A DNA stretch of 64,000 nt from Octopus vulgaris. Its lineage: Eukaryota. Positions 12,015-24,936 of this stretch are shown here, in pieces. How positions within the stretch are numbered: position 1 is the first letter of the stretch; the number at the start of each line of letters is the position of its first letter. The DNA lies in contig OX597815.1 of assembly GCA_951406725.2 (NCBI GenBank), forward strand, positions 214,644,001-214,708,000. Reading direction: 5' to 3'. The notes under the pieces are model-generated. The model saw only the letters and a program-made list of their open reading frames with translations. It ran no database searches and was not told the DNA's origin. The translations under genes and the position numbers were made by a program.

Positions 12015-13425
12015 TATCTGCTATATATGTGGAAAATCTGTCTCTGTGTTTATTTGTGGCATTGTTAGCTAACTGCTCCTACATCATTTTATTGATTTTG
12101 ATGAAATGTGATACGTGAGTATAACTCATTTCTGGAAACCTCGTGACATACTTTGTTGAAAAAATTGATAATATGGCCCCTGGAAGGGATATTTATATCT
12201 ACCTCATATAACTATTTTTTTTAAACGCCCAAGGGAAATAACCCACAACATGTGCACAATACTTTTTTAACCACTCAAAGAAAATAATCCATTGCACCTG
12301 CACTTACAGTTGTTAGTTTTTATTGAAGCGATCAATATTTGATTCTCATGGTCAGCAGACCTAATTCTGCATTTCACTACTCACAGCTTTCAATGGCTAA
12401 ACCCTATTATTACACTTACTTGATGCATGTACACTTTTAATGCCCATAGCCCCAATAATTCTGCATTTTTCAGTTAAGCTTTTTCCGATGACAGTACATA
12501 AATTTTTGATTCCAGATTCAGCGAACCTGTTTCTGCATTTCACTACTCAAAGTTTTGAATTACTAAACCTTATTATTGCACTTTCTTGATGTACGTACAC
12601 TTTCAATGCCCATAACTTCGATAATTCTGCATTTTTCTAGTTAAAATTTTTCGATGACTGTACATAAAGTTTTGATTCCAGAACCTATTTAATAAGTGTG
12701 TCCCAATACAATGAACTCATACTTTGAATGCTGAAAATTCTTAAAAAATGAAACTAAACTTCCACACCACATTCAGTTGGGATGCTCTGTATCACTTATA
12801 CTTTTCAGTTGGGATGCTCTGTATCACTTATACTTACTTTAGAAATCGTAATATTTATTACTTATTTACAGTTCATACAACGTTTTCATGAAACTAATTG
12901 AGCCATCGAATTTTGAAATATTTTACAGGTTTCATTGTTTATGTTCGATTACTTTGAATATTGATTTTTTGAGCGTTCAATTTCTAATTTTTGCAGACAA
13001 TATCACTTTTATACTTTATTTGACATGTGAGTAGAACTGGAAACCTCGTGACATACTTAGATTGTCTGGAAACCTCGTGACATACTTAGATTGTTGAAAA
13101 AATCGATAATAGGGCCCCTCCAATGGATCCTTCTATCTACAACATATTACTAATATTTTATTTAAACAACCCAAGAGAAATAACTCATACCACCTGCAAC
13201 TTTTAGCAAAGCGACCAATATTTGATTCTCACAATCAGCTGACCTAATTCTGCATTTCATTACTCAGTTTTGAACTGCTAAACATTATTATTGCACATCC
13301 TTGATTTGAATCGTAAACTTTAAAGACTTCATTCATATATTTTTATGCATACGTATTTTTTTGAATGCACATTTCTCCGATAATTCTGCATTTTTACAGT
13401 TACACTTTTTCCATGACAGTAGATA
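12015..13425 (+). mobile_element. Internally duplicated AT-rich element, Helitron/HINE-like start
   Basis: Starts tctgctatatatgtggaaaatctgtctctgtg; 12130-12500 repeated at 13040-13420; ~170-bp subrepeat at 12358/12530; ~31-bp tandem duplication at 12773-12835. Confidence 0.5.
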
Positions 13426-13429
13426 ACTT

Positions 13430-14020
13430 TTTTCTTGCACAACGTATTTGTAGTGGCTTCATGCAGGCATAGCATGGATTCGATCCTTGATTGCCAAATT
13501 TCATTTAACACTTCAACCGTGCTTTTCTCATGGTAAAACAATAGTTTTCCTCTGAATGACAGCAGTTATACATTTCCCAGATGCCTTCGCTAAGCAGAAT
13601 AATGACTTTGCCACTTGACCCTTCTAACCTCTTCTAGGCCACCAGGGGCTGGAATGGAGATAACACATCTCCACTGAAATCATTTGTTCTCAACAATATG
13701 TCTATCCTTCTGGCTGCTTTTTGATAGTTATAAAGAAGAATATGTTCTCAAAAATTTTTGCAAACGCCAGAATGTATGTAACCAAGACAAATGAAAAGAG
13801 ACAAAATAGAGTAATTAACTCCATACCTTAAGATTTCACTATTACTGATCACTAACATGATCTTCTCTAGCTCTTCAGTGAAGTCATTCCAGGACACATT
13901 ATCATCAGAACCAGATACAATACATTCCTACGACAGAGAACATACATAAAGTTCCACCAGTTATGCATCAAAAACCACTCTCCAACCAATCGGCACATGT
14001 CAGTCAAATCTTACTACTAG
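13430..14020 (-). pseudogene. Fossil ORF fragment, unknown family
   Basis: One frame reads ECIVSGSDDNVSWNDFTEELEKIMLVISNSEILRYGVNYSILSLFICLGYIHSGVCKNF*EHILLYNYQKAARRIDILLRTNDFSGDVLSPFQPLVA*KRLEGSSGKVIILLSEGIWEM, then frameshifts to LFYHEKSTVEVLNEIW. Confidence 0.5.
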
Positions 14021-14338
14021 GATTTATAGAATATCAACGTCTTTTCAGACACTGCTATCACAAATAGCCAGTAGACTTGTTAAAAGTTGATTATTAGCAA
14101 CAAAAGCTGTATTAATACCAGAAGGTAATTGTTTTATCCAACTTAACATGGATACTCTGTTAGAACACTGAATGCTGCATTATTAGGCTTGAGAGACCCT
14201 CTCTTATAGGTATTTGTTATTTTCAAAAGTAATTGAAACGGAGAGTGTGTATTTCAAAAGAAATATGGTAACCAAAATGGTTTAAGTTATCTAAATTAAA
14301 CCCTTCCAAGTTAATTTATGTTCCAAACACTATCTTAA

Positions 14339-14833
14339 GCATTTAGCATTCATATCACTCTGTGAAATACAATACTTATTTATTTACATTATTTGAATTA
14401 ATTATGCTCAGTGATTAACCCTTTTGTTACCAACCCGGCTGTAACCGGCTCTGGCTCTGAGTACAAATGTCTTGTTTTCATAAGTTTTGAATTAAAAATC
14501 TTCCACCAAACCTTAGTCACAATTTATGTTCCTAACCTTTAGCTTAATGATAACTAAGTTATTTTACTAAATTCTTTATATTTAAAGTAATTGAAAGAAC
14601 ACAGACCATCTCAAAATAAATACAGTAATGAAAGGGTTAAGCATGGTCATGTAACTTAGAAGTTTCAGTGATTGTTTATTTTTTGAATGACCTTGTAGGG
14701 TAGGTGTGAGAGGCCACATCTGATTTGTTTGAACATAAAGCAGGTCAAATATTTAAGCCGGATTTGGCTGGTTTGACCATAAAATAAGTAGAAATATTCA
14801 GGCCAGATAAGACAGGTTTGAATTGCTAAATAG
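14339..14833. mobile_element. Middle piggyBac-like MITE
   Basis: TTAA on both sides; termini (g)catttagca / tgctaaatag; relatives at 40263-40440 and 63160-63263. Confidence 0.65.
14419..14636. mobile_element. Inner piggyBac-like MITE
   Basis: TTAA|cccttttgttac ... gtaatgaaaggg|TTAA; inverted copy at 48589-48812. Confidence 0.88.
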
Positions 14834-15797
14834 TTAATAATGACTAAAATATTTTATGAAATTCTTCATTATTGTTAAAATTGATTGTAACAAAGTTAGT
14901 GTATTTGAACAGAAATCTGGTAACAAAAGGGTTAAAAATACAACTGTTCATATTTATATTCAGTTACTTACATAATAATACAGTCGACAGGTAAATAAGT
15001 TAATCGCTTAGCTGGAGTATTCCTTAAAGAAACCAATAGCAATTCCTTTCCTTTCACATAGAGGTTATAGTTATGGTAACACAATGGAGTTATATAAAAA
15101 CTACTTTTACATGGTTGAAATTCTATTTCACATGCACAGACACCAACAGGATATCAGATAAACACACTCACTCACACACACTCTTTCTTCCTCTTGTGTC
15201 TGTATTTCTTTTCACTGTTTTATTATTCTTTTCTCTTTTCTTTTTTCGTCTCTTATGCACACATACATAAGCATTCACACCTTCTCTTGTTTTCTGCCTT
15301 CAATGCTTACAATCACACACACACACACTTGTTTTGTCCTTTACTTTCTCTTCTATGTTAATATAATATTTATTAAGTGTATATCTAATAATCTGCTTGT
15401 TCGTTCACCCATTATACTTTAGTTAATTAGAGAGGTGGAGTGAGTGAGAGGTGGAGTAAAATAGAGAGATTGAGGGGGAGAGAAATGTGAGCAGAGAAGA
15501 AAGAAGAGAGGAGTATAATAATAGACTCAGGCCAAATGCATCACGTAGTTAGTTGAAGAGACAGGCGAAGAGCAATAGAAAAAGGCAGTGAGAGAAAAGT
15601 GGGAGAGAGAAGTGTTAATGATGTGCTGTAGGGTGGAGAGAGAAAGGTGAAGAGAAAGAGAGAAATGTTAAAGGCATGAAGAGGGAGATTACATAGTTAA
15701 AAAGTTTGTTGCTAAAAAGTTTGGAAATATGGTTGAAACGTTTGTGAAGAAGAGAAATATAAAGTGCTTAGCAGAGGGAAATTCTAAAATCATGTAA

Positions 15798-16352
15798 TCT
15801 CTTCTATAAAATCCGTTCTGTCTGTCTGTTTGTGTGTCTTCTCGAATCTCGGGCATCCTCCAGCCAATTACGCTCAAATTTGATATGTAGATACCAACGG
15901 TATCAGGGCATGTACAAGTCTTGAAAAAATTACAAAAATTGATTCCAGGTGAGAATGCGATCGATAAAGCTGTTTTTGTCCTGCTTTTCTTCCGTCAACC
16001 TGTACATAACTGCACCTTCCATTTTTTGTTGTTTTTGTACTGCTTAAAGGCACGTTTCTTTCCTGCCAAGCTTACTGTTTAAACCACGTTTGTGTTCTCC
16101 CAGTCAGCAGCCTTATCATTACTGGTACTTTAAACTCTTCGGTTGCATATTTGTGTGAATAAAATCGTTTTTCTTTGGAATAGAAAAAAAGTCTATCTTT
16201 ATTTCTTCTTTTGCTGGTGTCTCAAATTTAGATTAAATCAGTGTTTCTCAAAGGGGAGGCCTATGGGACAGTCAGACAAGTTGTTTTGAGAAAATTTGGT
16301 TTAAGTGTTTGCCAACTCAGCACCGTCCAATGGACGGGAGGCGTTTTGCTTG
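15798..16352 (+). mobile_element. Non-autonomous Helitron/Helentron-like element
   Basis: A|TC start, (TCTG)n near the 5' end, perfect 3' hairpin ccgtcca-a-tggacgg (16323-16337), then CTTG|T; shorter copy on - at 50390-50750. Confidence 0.7.
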
Positions 16353-16803
16353 TATATTACTATGACTGGAAGTGAAATAACTGAGCAAAATACAAATAAA
16401 AATCATGCTTTCTTTCTTAAACAGCTTCTCTGAATCCTTTTCATTCTGTGGAATTTCCTCAGATCCCACCAGTATATATATTATGTAGGTGACAGGAAAG
16501 GCCCACAGTTATAGAAAATCTGCCTCAACAAATTCTCTACAACCCATGGTACTCATCATCATCAACATCATTTAACATCCATTTTCCATGTTGGAATCGG
16601 TTGGATGGTTTGACAATACATAATAGTTTATTGTTGCTTTGTTGGATTTACCTACAGTTCAAAATGCCTGGAATGGGGCCATGAAATGGAAATGAAGGAG
16701 CTGTAAAAGGATTACACTGGATTTTAAACTTGATGTTTTATGAAAGCTCAATTGGGAGAAAAACTTGATCATATTACCAAAATGTTAAAGCTTGCAACAT
16801 CTA

Positions 16804-17052
16804 TTAGGATGGTGCATAATTATTATGGCTTTTTTTTCAAAAAAATTTTATTCAACAAAAACAATAACATGTAACAAAAACATCTTTAAATGATTATTCC
16901 GGAGCATATTCACCATCTACTTCATTTACTGCTTCCCATTTGCTTGGCAGACGGTTAGACCATCATTTAAAGATGTTTTTGTTAAATATTGTTATTGCTT
17001 TTGTTGAATAAAATTTGTTGAAAATAGCCGCAATAATTATGCACCGACCCAA
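16804..17052 (-). mobile_element. Mariner-derived MITE retaining the transposase C-terminus
   Basis: TA TSD; ~90-bp inverted repeats starting ttaggatggtgcataattatt; minus strand 16956-16894 reads NRLPSKWEAVNEVDGEYAPE*, like the mariner LP.RW..V....GEY terminus. Confidence 0.88.
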
Positions 17053-17404
17053 TATAAATGGAAACAATACATGACATGACAACAGATAGAAAAGTGAGTG
17101 AAGTGCTCAAGAAGTTACTCCATTAATGGCTCATATGTTATTCATTTCATAGATGTTAGGGGATACTTAAAATGAGACAACTTTTATGTGTAGGCCTTCA
17201 GGATCAAACCTGATGCATTGTGCCAGTAGACATCACCATCATCATCATCATTTAATGTCTGTTGTCCATACTGGCATGGGTTGAATGGTTTGACCAGAGC
17301 TGGCAATCTGAGGAGCTGCACCAGTCTGATTTGGCATGGTTTCTACAGCTAGATGCTCTTCCTAATGTCAACCACTTCACAAAATGTCCTGGGTGCTTTT
17401 ACAC

Positions 17405-17703
17405 GTTCCTTCTCGAGCCATGCCTGGCTCATAAGGGCCAGTTTCCCGGTTTCCATGGCATATAGGTTCCCCACCTGAACGGGACACTGGTCCGTTGCAG
17501 GTGAACTGCAATGTGCAGGGGGAAAGAGTGAGAGAAAGTTGTGGTGAAAGAGTCAGCAGAAGTTCACCATTACCTTCTGCCGGAGCTGCGTGGAGCTTAG
17601 GTGTTTCGCTCATAAACACACACATCGCCCGGTCTGAGATTTGAAACTGCGATCCCTCAACTATGAGTCCGCTGTTCTAACCACTGGGCCATGTGCTTCC
17701 ACG
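17405..17703 (-). mobile_element. tRNA-headed SINE family D
   Basis: Reverse complement of 29175-29474 and 33719-34025. Confidence 0.88.
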
Positions 17704-17959
17704 TGTTTTTACATGGTACCACATGGGTGCTTTTACATGGTACTGCATGGGCATTTTTACATGGTTCCACACGAGCACTTTTATGTGGCCATTCTATGTC
17801 CATGAATCTTACAAGTTTTCCACAAGCAAAAAACGGTTTATATTCTGTGTAACTCTGGTCCCACTCTGTGACCCAAGATGCTACAGAGCAGGATCAAACC
17901 CGAAACTACTGGACTGTGAAATGAAATTCTTAATATCATTCATGCTGCATGTGTTTTTA

Positions 17960-18465
17960 TATATCACATGTTGCTTTTGTCTATGTCTGAAAGAGAACAT
18001 TATTCCTACGCAAGCAGTTTCATACAGTTTCATGTGCTTCGATAAAAGCTGGGTAGCTTCAATTATACACTGAATATTTTATATCTATATAACCAGAGTT
18101 TGAATCATTCAAAGTTTCCAAAGTCTTTTATTAGCAAAATCCATGTCATAGTTCAGCCAAAGAAAAACTCTTTGGAATTACTTGGAAATATGAGCCACTA
18201 AGCTAGATGCCATAAAGCATAAACTTCTGTGCACTAACATTACTACCAGAAAGAGCAGAAGTCAGCACTGTGCTTCTTCAATTCTTCAATTACTTTCATT
18301 GCTCAACAATAAAATATTTATATATCATACTTTCTGTGATATAACCTGTTTGAGATGTAAGAATTTGATGGAAGTTTAGCTTCATAGACGTTAGTTTCTC
18401 AAAGAAATTAACCAACAATGGTTTTCAAAAGTGCTGAAGAAACCACTTGTAGTTAAGAATCCTGA
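17960..18465 (-). pseudogene. Fossil ORF fragment, unknown family
   Basis: Contains YFQVIPKSFS (18190-18161), similar to YFRVPPTEFS (45365-45336); preceded by a strong pyrimidine tract plus CAG near 18465; stops and frameshifts. Confidence 0.4.
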
Positions 18466-18593
18466 AGATGAAAGAAAGAAAGGAAGAAAGAAAGGAAGAA
18501 AGAAAGAGTGAAATGAAGAATTTATTCTTGGAAATATTCCATACATAATGTTTAGTTCTTTGTCTGGAGTTATCAGTCGTGAAATAGTTGATC

Positions 18594-18634
<41 letters not shown>

Positions 18635-20173
18635 TAGTGGGGAGAGTGTCTGCCTGTTGGTAACTATGTATTTTTTGTTTGTAGGTTTTTTGTGAATGCA
18701 TATATACATCTGGTGTTTATGTATATGTACATTTATATATTAGTGTGTGTATTTGTGTAAATTCAGTTGCATAGTATTTGTTTGTGTATGCATGTATGTA
18801 TGTAGGTGTCTAAGAAGAGGTGTAGGTGTTTGCCTAGCATATCTGCATTCATCTCTACTACTACTACTGCTGCTACTACTACTACTACTACTACATAAAT
18901 TAAACATTTTATATTCATTGCCACATGCAGATATTACAAGCATGTTTGTTATGTAAGAATAAATTATGTATATTGTCTCTTGCCTAACAACACCTCATAA
19001 ATAACTTATCTTCCTCTCATATGGTATACTGTGAATTCTGCCATTCTGCTTTTCTTAAAAAAACATATTCCTCACATTTCCTTCTAAATCTTATATCTGT
19101 GAAACTTCACAAAACTATGACTTCTGTTAATTAAAGTTCTATTACTAAAAATCACCATTTTTATGTAATTAGCATCATGTGTCAAAGCAGGTATATCTGT
19201 GTGGTTGTGAAGCTTGCTTTGTAACCATGTGACTTGGTTCAGTCCCAGGGTGGAATCTTTCGGAAATGTCTTCTGTTACATAGATATTCACTATTGTAAT
19301 CAGATCTACTTATGATTGATTGCCTACATTTTCCCACTTCACAACTATTCTAAATAAACCTTTTGTTTTTTCTTTTCCTTGTTAGTCCAAAGAGGAAGGG
19401 TTATACTCACAGCCTGTGAAAACCTCTGGAATGAAAGGGCAGAAAAAAATTTGGGGGTGATGTTAATTTCCGAACTCCTACCAGTTATATTATACATGAT
19501 AAAATCCTGCCCCAAAAATCTTATATTATCAACTCCAACCACTGAAAAAATGTGCTTATTTGGTTTCTTTAAATTCTCCTATGGCACTCCCTAATTTTAA
19601 CTTTGCTCTCTTTTTTATTTTTTTTTTTGACATTTTAGAAAGAACTTAGACTGGCTCTTTTGTTAAGAAGTCAGCTTCTTTGCCCTGTGATCTCAGGTTC
19701 ACTTTATTGCATGGTGCCTTGGACAAGTGTCTTCTACCATAATAGCACCAAGCCAATCAAAGTCTTTCTGATGTGTGGATTTGGTAGATGGGAACTGAAA
19801 GAAGCCCGTCATGTGTCTGTGTGTGGATTTTTAAGTCATAGATTTTCTATAGAATTCAGTTCCAGCACTATAAGTTATAATGTTTCATGTGCAAAAATGT
19901 CTATGTAAACAAATCAGTCAAAAATAGGAAAATAGATAATAGTTGTATATACACATTTTGAGAGTTATTGCTCTTTCGTCAATACTACATTCACTCCCAT
20001 ATATATAAACACACACAAAGGGTTTACTTAGTTTCCACCTATTAAATTTAAGTCACTAGGTATAGATCAGCGTAAGGCTCTAATAGAAGACTTTGCATCA
20101 GATGCATGTAATGGGATGGAACCCAAAGCAAACTTCTTAACTGCACAGCAGTGCAGTGCTTGCACCTTCTATT

Positions 20174-20565
20174 CATCATCATCATCATCGTTTAACGTCC
20201 GCTTTCCATGCTAGCATGGGTTGGACGAATAACTGACGGCTGGTGAACCAGATGGCTGCACCAGGCTCCAATCTTGATCTGGCAGAGTTTCTACAGCTGG
20301 ATGCCCTTCCTAATGCCAACCACTCCAAGAGTGTAGTGGGTGCTTTTACGTGACACCGGCATGGGGCCAGTCAGGTGGTACTGGCAATGACCACACTCGA
20401 ATCTTTTACACATGTCACCGGCACAGGTGCCAGTAAGATGATACTGGTAACGATCACGCTCGAATGGTGTCTTTTATATGCCACCAGCACAGAGGCCAGA
20501 TAGCCACTCTGGCAATGATCACGCCCTGATGGTGCTCTTAATACCCTACTAGCACGGGGCGTGAG
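20174..20565 (-). mobile_element. RTE 3'-UTR-only copy
   Basis: (CAT)n-cgtttaacgtccgctttccatgctagcatggg start on +, with hairpin units. Confidence 0.85.
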
Positions 20566-20826
20566 TGTAAAATGTGATTCAGTAAACAGTATAGTGTGAG
20601 TGTGTGTGTATACGCACATGTAAAATCATTGATTTAACATTCACTTTTCCATGCTTGCATGGATCAAATGAAATTTGTTGAGACAGATTTTCTGCAAGAA
20701 TCTCCTTTTGTGATCAACCCTCTCTTGTTTTTCAAGGGAAGGTAATATTTTCCCCTAGTCTTTGAAACACAAACAAATCAACCGCCAGACAATATGTGCA
20801 CATGCATGCATGCGTGTGTGTGCATG

Positions 20827-20863
<37 letters not shown>

Positions 20864-22289
20864 ATGCACATGTATGTATCTCTGTGTGTCTTCCCATGGA
20901 CACCATTTCAAGTCCAGCAGTAGTTCAGTGTTCAATGATGTGGGATATAGGACCTTATTTGAGAGACAAGGCTTGGTATCAGGAGGACATGCAGCCATAG
21001 GATATTGTTGCAAGAAATCTCACCCAGTCCATGCGAGTATAAAAACAGAAAGGGAAAATTAATATAAAAACGACTACTACTACACCTACTATTTTTCTTG
21101 TTGTTCAAGGTAACCTGGCAAGATCGCTTGCGACCAACTTGTGTTCTGAGCTCAAATGCTGCTGCTGAGGTCAATTTTACTTTTACCCTTTCAGTGTTGA
21201 TGAAATAAGTACTTATTAAGCACGGGGGCGGGGTGTTCAATGTAGTTGATAAGCCCCACGACAAAGAAAATATCATGCCTTATGCCGATAGGAGGCACTT
21301 GCCTAAGGTGCCCTGCCGTGAGACTGAGCCTAGAACCCTGTGATTTGGAAACAAGTGTCTTATCACACAGCCATGTTTGCATCTATAATGTGAAAAATGT
21401 GCACATCTTCCATCTGGTCTCCATTAATGGACTTTAGACAGCAGATTTGTGAGTCTTTATTGAGTGTTTCAATGCTTTCTGTCCAACATAATGCTTCCTT
21501 TTCAGTTAACCTACTTCCATAGCCATTGTCTGTACTAAAATAGGTATTGTTTAGTGAGGTTTTCTTGTTGTATTTGTATTTGTTTTTGGTTTTTCCCTCT
21601 TCCTCACTTCCTTTTAGTCCTTACTGGGAATTTGCTGAAAGCAGATTTCAGATATGAAAATAATAATAATAATAATATTGGTTCCAAATGTTGGTACAAG
21701 GCCAGAATTATTCTAAAGGTGGGCTAAGTCGATTACATCAACTCCTCTGTTCAACTTGTTCTTATTTTATTGACTCCAAAAAGATGAAAGGCAAAGTAAA
21801 CTGCAGTAGGATTTGAACTCTGAACACAAAGACAGATGAAAGGCTGCTGAGCATTTTGTCTGATGTGTTAACAATTCTGGTAGAAGTATGATGGTCACTC
21901 TTATCGGTTTCAATGTATAAGTGTTTAATGGAGAGGATTTTTAAAAAGATACGAGAAAAAGAAAAAAAACAACTTTAAAAATAGAAAAGGCTGCACCTAT
22001 TTTATGATGAATGTGTGAATGTAATTTGAGTCCAGGTATGGACTTTGCTATGAAGTTACAATGGAGATATTGAGGATTTTGATTTTGCCTGGGATTGAGC
22101 AAATGTGTCAGTTGATTGCAAGATATAAATTCTTTTATTGTTCTGTTTCTTCAACTCAAATTGTTTTGATACATCATGAAACATTTTACACCAGCAGATC
22201 AATCCAGGCAATGACTTTCCTAAGATGTCAAATTAAACTGTAGACACTTTTGTGATTGCTTCAACTTATCCTTATACTTAAGGACGGGT

Positions 22290-22600
22290 CTTCCTTTACT
22301 GCAGCATCCTTCTACTTGTTGGCTATATAAAGGAATTTTCAGAATGTGGTCATCTTTTATTCTAACATGCTTCTGATACTGGAGATATCACATTTTCCTA
22401 AGATTTTAACATTTGATATTGCACAGACAGCACATGTGAAAGGTTTCATGTTTCTTTATTTGTCTGTAGTAGGGTGTCCATGCTTCTGACCCATACAAAA
22501 GTGTGCTCAAACTACAACATTTGTAGACACTTATTTTAGTTTTCACACTAACGCTGTGTTCATCCCACAAACTATTCTGAGATTTAACAATGTCCAAAAA
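22290..22600 (-). mobile_element. Decayed RTE (BovB-like) LINE fragment
   Basis: KTKISVYKCCSLSTLLYGSEAWTPYYRQIKKHETFHMCCLCNI. Confidence 0.8.
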
Positions 22601-22834
22601 ATAATAAAAGCTACTAGTTCTACTATTCACATATGTTTGTTGAGTGATTGTAAAATGTTGAGAATGAACATACTCAATCTGTCTGGGTTTCTGCCAAAAC
22701 TAAAATAAAAAAAAAAGAGGTAAAATATGAGAAGTGGTGACCCTCTCACTAAATAACAAGAATGGAATTCTAACTACAGAATGTTTGCTCAATGAATGTT
22801 GCTTTTGTACTTTGATAAGTAACCTAGTACAGTA

Positions 22835-23135
22835 TCATCATCATCATCATCATCATCGTTTAACGTCCGCTTTCCATGCTAGCATGGGTTGGATGATTTG
22901 ACTGAGGGCTGATGAACCAGATGGCTGCACCAGGCTTCAATCTTGATCTGGCAGAGTTTCTACAACTGGATGCCCTTCCTAATGCCAACCACTCCGAGAG
23001 TGTAGTGGGTGCTTGTACGTGCCACCAGCACGAGGGCCAGTCAGGCAGTACTGGCAATGACCTTACTCGAATCTTTTACACATGCCACCGACACAGGTGC
23101 CAGTAAGGCAATGCTGGTAACGCTCATGCTCAAGA
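22835..23135 (-). mobile_element. RTE 3'-UTR-only copy
   Basis: Close relative of 20174-20460, with two hairpin units. Confidence 0.85.
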
Positions 23136-23458
23136 TGTTTGCAATTTTCTGTGCACATGCACACACACACACACACACACACATGCACATACACACACAT
23201 AGACACAGGTATGGCTGTGGGATCAAGAAACTCCCTTTGCAAATATGTGGCTTTGAGTTCAGTTGTCTACTATAGCCACTGGCTGACCAATGCTGTACGA
23301 GTGTGGAAGCCCTTTGTGTGTGTTTGTGTTTATCTCCCTACCACTTGACAACCCGTGTTGGTTTGTTTACATCCCCTAGCATAGCAGTTCAGATAAACAA
23401 GGCCAATGGAATATGTATAAGACTTAAACAAAGGAAAATAAGTACTAGGGTCAATTTG

Positions 23459-23775
23459 GAGTAAAGATTATTTGCCAACATAACATGGAAATCTTGGTTT
23501 AGGACGAATGTTGCTGTAATTTAGCCCCAGGAGACATCATCTCCAGCTGGTTATAGACACGATCTGTGTCCTTATGTTTTCAAGCAAAGGAATCTAGCAC
23601 CGCCACTCAGCTCAAAACAATATCCGTGTATCACGATTTCTGGGTTATTTCTCTTTTCTGGGTTAATTCTCTTCATCAGCAGAGTCCTAAACCAGGACTG
23701 CCATGTTATGTTAGCAAATAATCTTTACTCCAAAGTACTGCTGCTGAATATCTCTTGTTGTGAGATTTACAGATG
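23459..23775. mobile_element. Inverted-repeat insert in a SINE tail, Penelope-like
   Basis: 11-bp TSD gggtcaatttg (23448-23458, 23776-23786); ~50-bp inverted arms with a one-sided extension; CTGATGA...GAAA on the minus strand at 23679-23655. Confidence 0.55.
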
Positions 23776-24366
23776 GGGTCAATTTGTTCAACTAAACCCA
23801 TCAAGGAGATATGTGTATATATACACATATACATAGACACACACGCACTCTCACACACACACCCACACAAATGCACTCACCTAAAAATGTATGCACTAAA
23901 ACTTTTTTCTATACAAAAGATTGAAGTAATATATGATTGCTTTTTTTATTTTCTCTCATTTTTACTTTTGTTATCCATTGTCAAGCTCACCTTACAAATA
24001 TATTTTTAGTTAAACTGTAATACAGAAGCATTCATTCTGAGGAAACTTCTTATATTTTTATCTTCATTCATAGAATTATGAAGAATAAACTATTCCCTTC
24101 TTATATTAAAAAGGTAGACGTTAATTTGTGTATATATATTTCGAATAATCTTTCGAATTTTTTCCAATAATAATATTGTATGACTTGAGATGTTTGCCTT
24201 GCTTTAATGTTTGTTGTCCTCTTTAACTGAAATCTGCAATGGTTCCATAACTATCATCTCGGCTATAGCCTTGCAGCCCTAGTAATCCGTTACAGCACTT
24301 ACATAGCGTATCTAATTGTTTAGATCACCTGTGAACTAAACCCCCATACTTTGTATATATATATAT

Positions 24367-24403
<37 letters not shown>

Positions 24404-24877
24404 TACATGCACACATACATACATGCATATATGTATATATTTATATATAACTGTACACAAACATCTTTATTTTAATGCCCACTTTACTATGCTTGCATCG
24501 GTCAGATGGAATTCATTGAGGCAGATTTTCTATGACAGGATGCCTTTCCTGTTGCCAATCCTTACCTGTTTCTAAGCTAGGTAATATTTTCCCTTAGCAA
24601 GAGATTCTTTTGCAGAATATTGGAAATGAATGACACCACTTGTGTGATGTCAATGTCTGTTGACAACTATCAAACCATGTCAAAACAAGGAAACACACAC
24701 ACACACATGCAATGAGTTTCTGTCAATTTCTGTCTACTGTATCCACTTTGAAGGTTTTGGTTGGCTCCCAAGACTATAAAAGAAAACACTTGCCCAAGGT
24801 ACCACACAGTAGGATAGAACCTTAAAAACATGTGATTGGTAAACATACTTCTTAACCACTCAGCCACAACACACACA

Positions 24878-24936
<59 letters not shown>

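Larger units (their letters stand above)
14285..14931. mobile_element. Outer, oldest TTAA-type (piggyBac-like) MITE, split by nested MITEs
   Basis: Right end ggtaacaaaaggg|ttaa; halves rejoin across TTAA at 14335 and 14834; left end degenerate. Confidence 0.6.

Noticed and set aside
13690-13720. RRIDILL as a PD-(D/E)XK nuclease motif (also KIDILL near 37250)
   Set aside because: No convincing (D/E)xK follows, and spacing to other shared motifs differs between the two sites
13827-13927. Clean 101-nt minus-strand exon (gtcgtag|GAA...AAG|gtatgg)
   Set aside because: The same frame continues protein-like well past the donor, with stops, so a decayed continuous ORF explains it equally well; not called without RNA evidence
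13430-14020. Idea that A-to-I editing rescues the stop codons in the fossil ORFs
   Set aside because: Frameshifts and TE insertions are also present, which editing cannot repair
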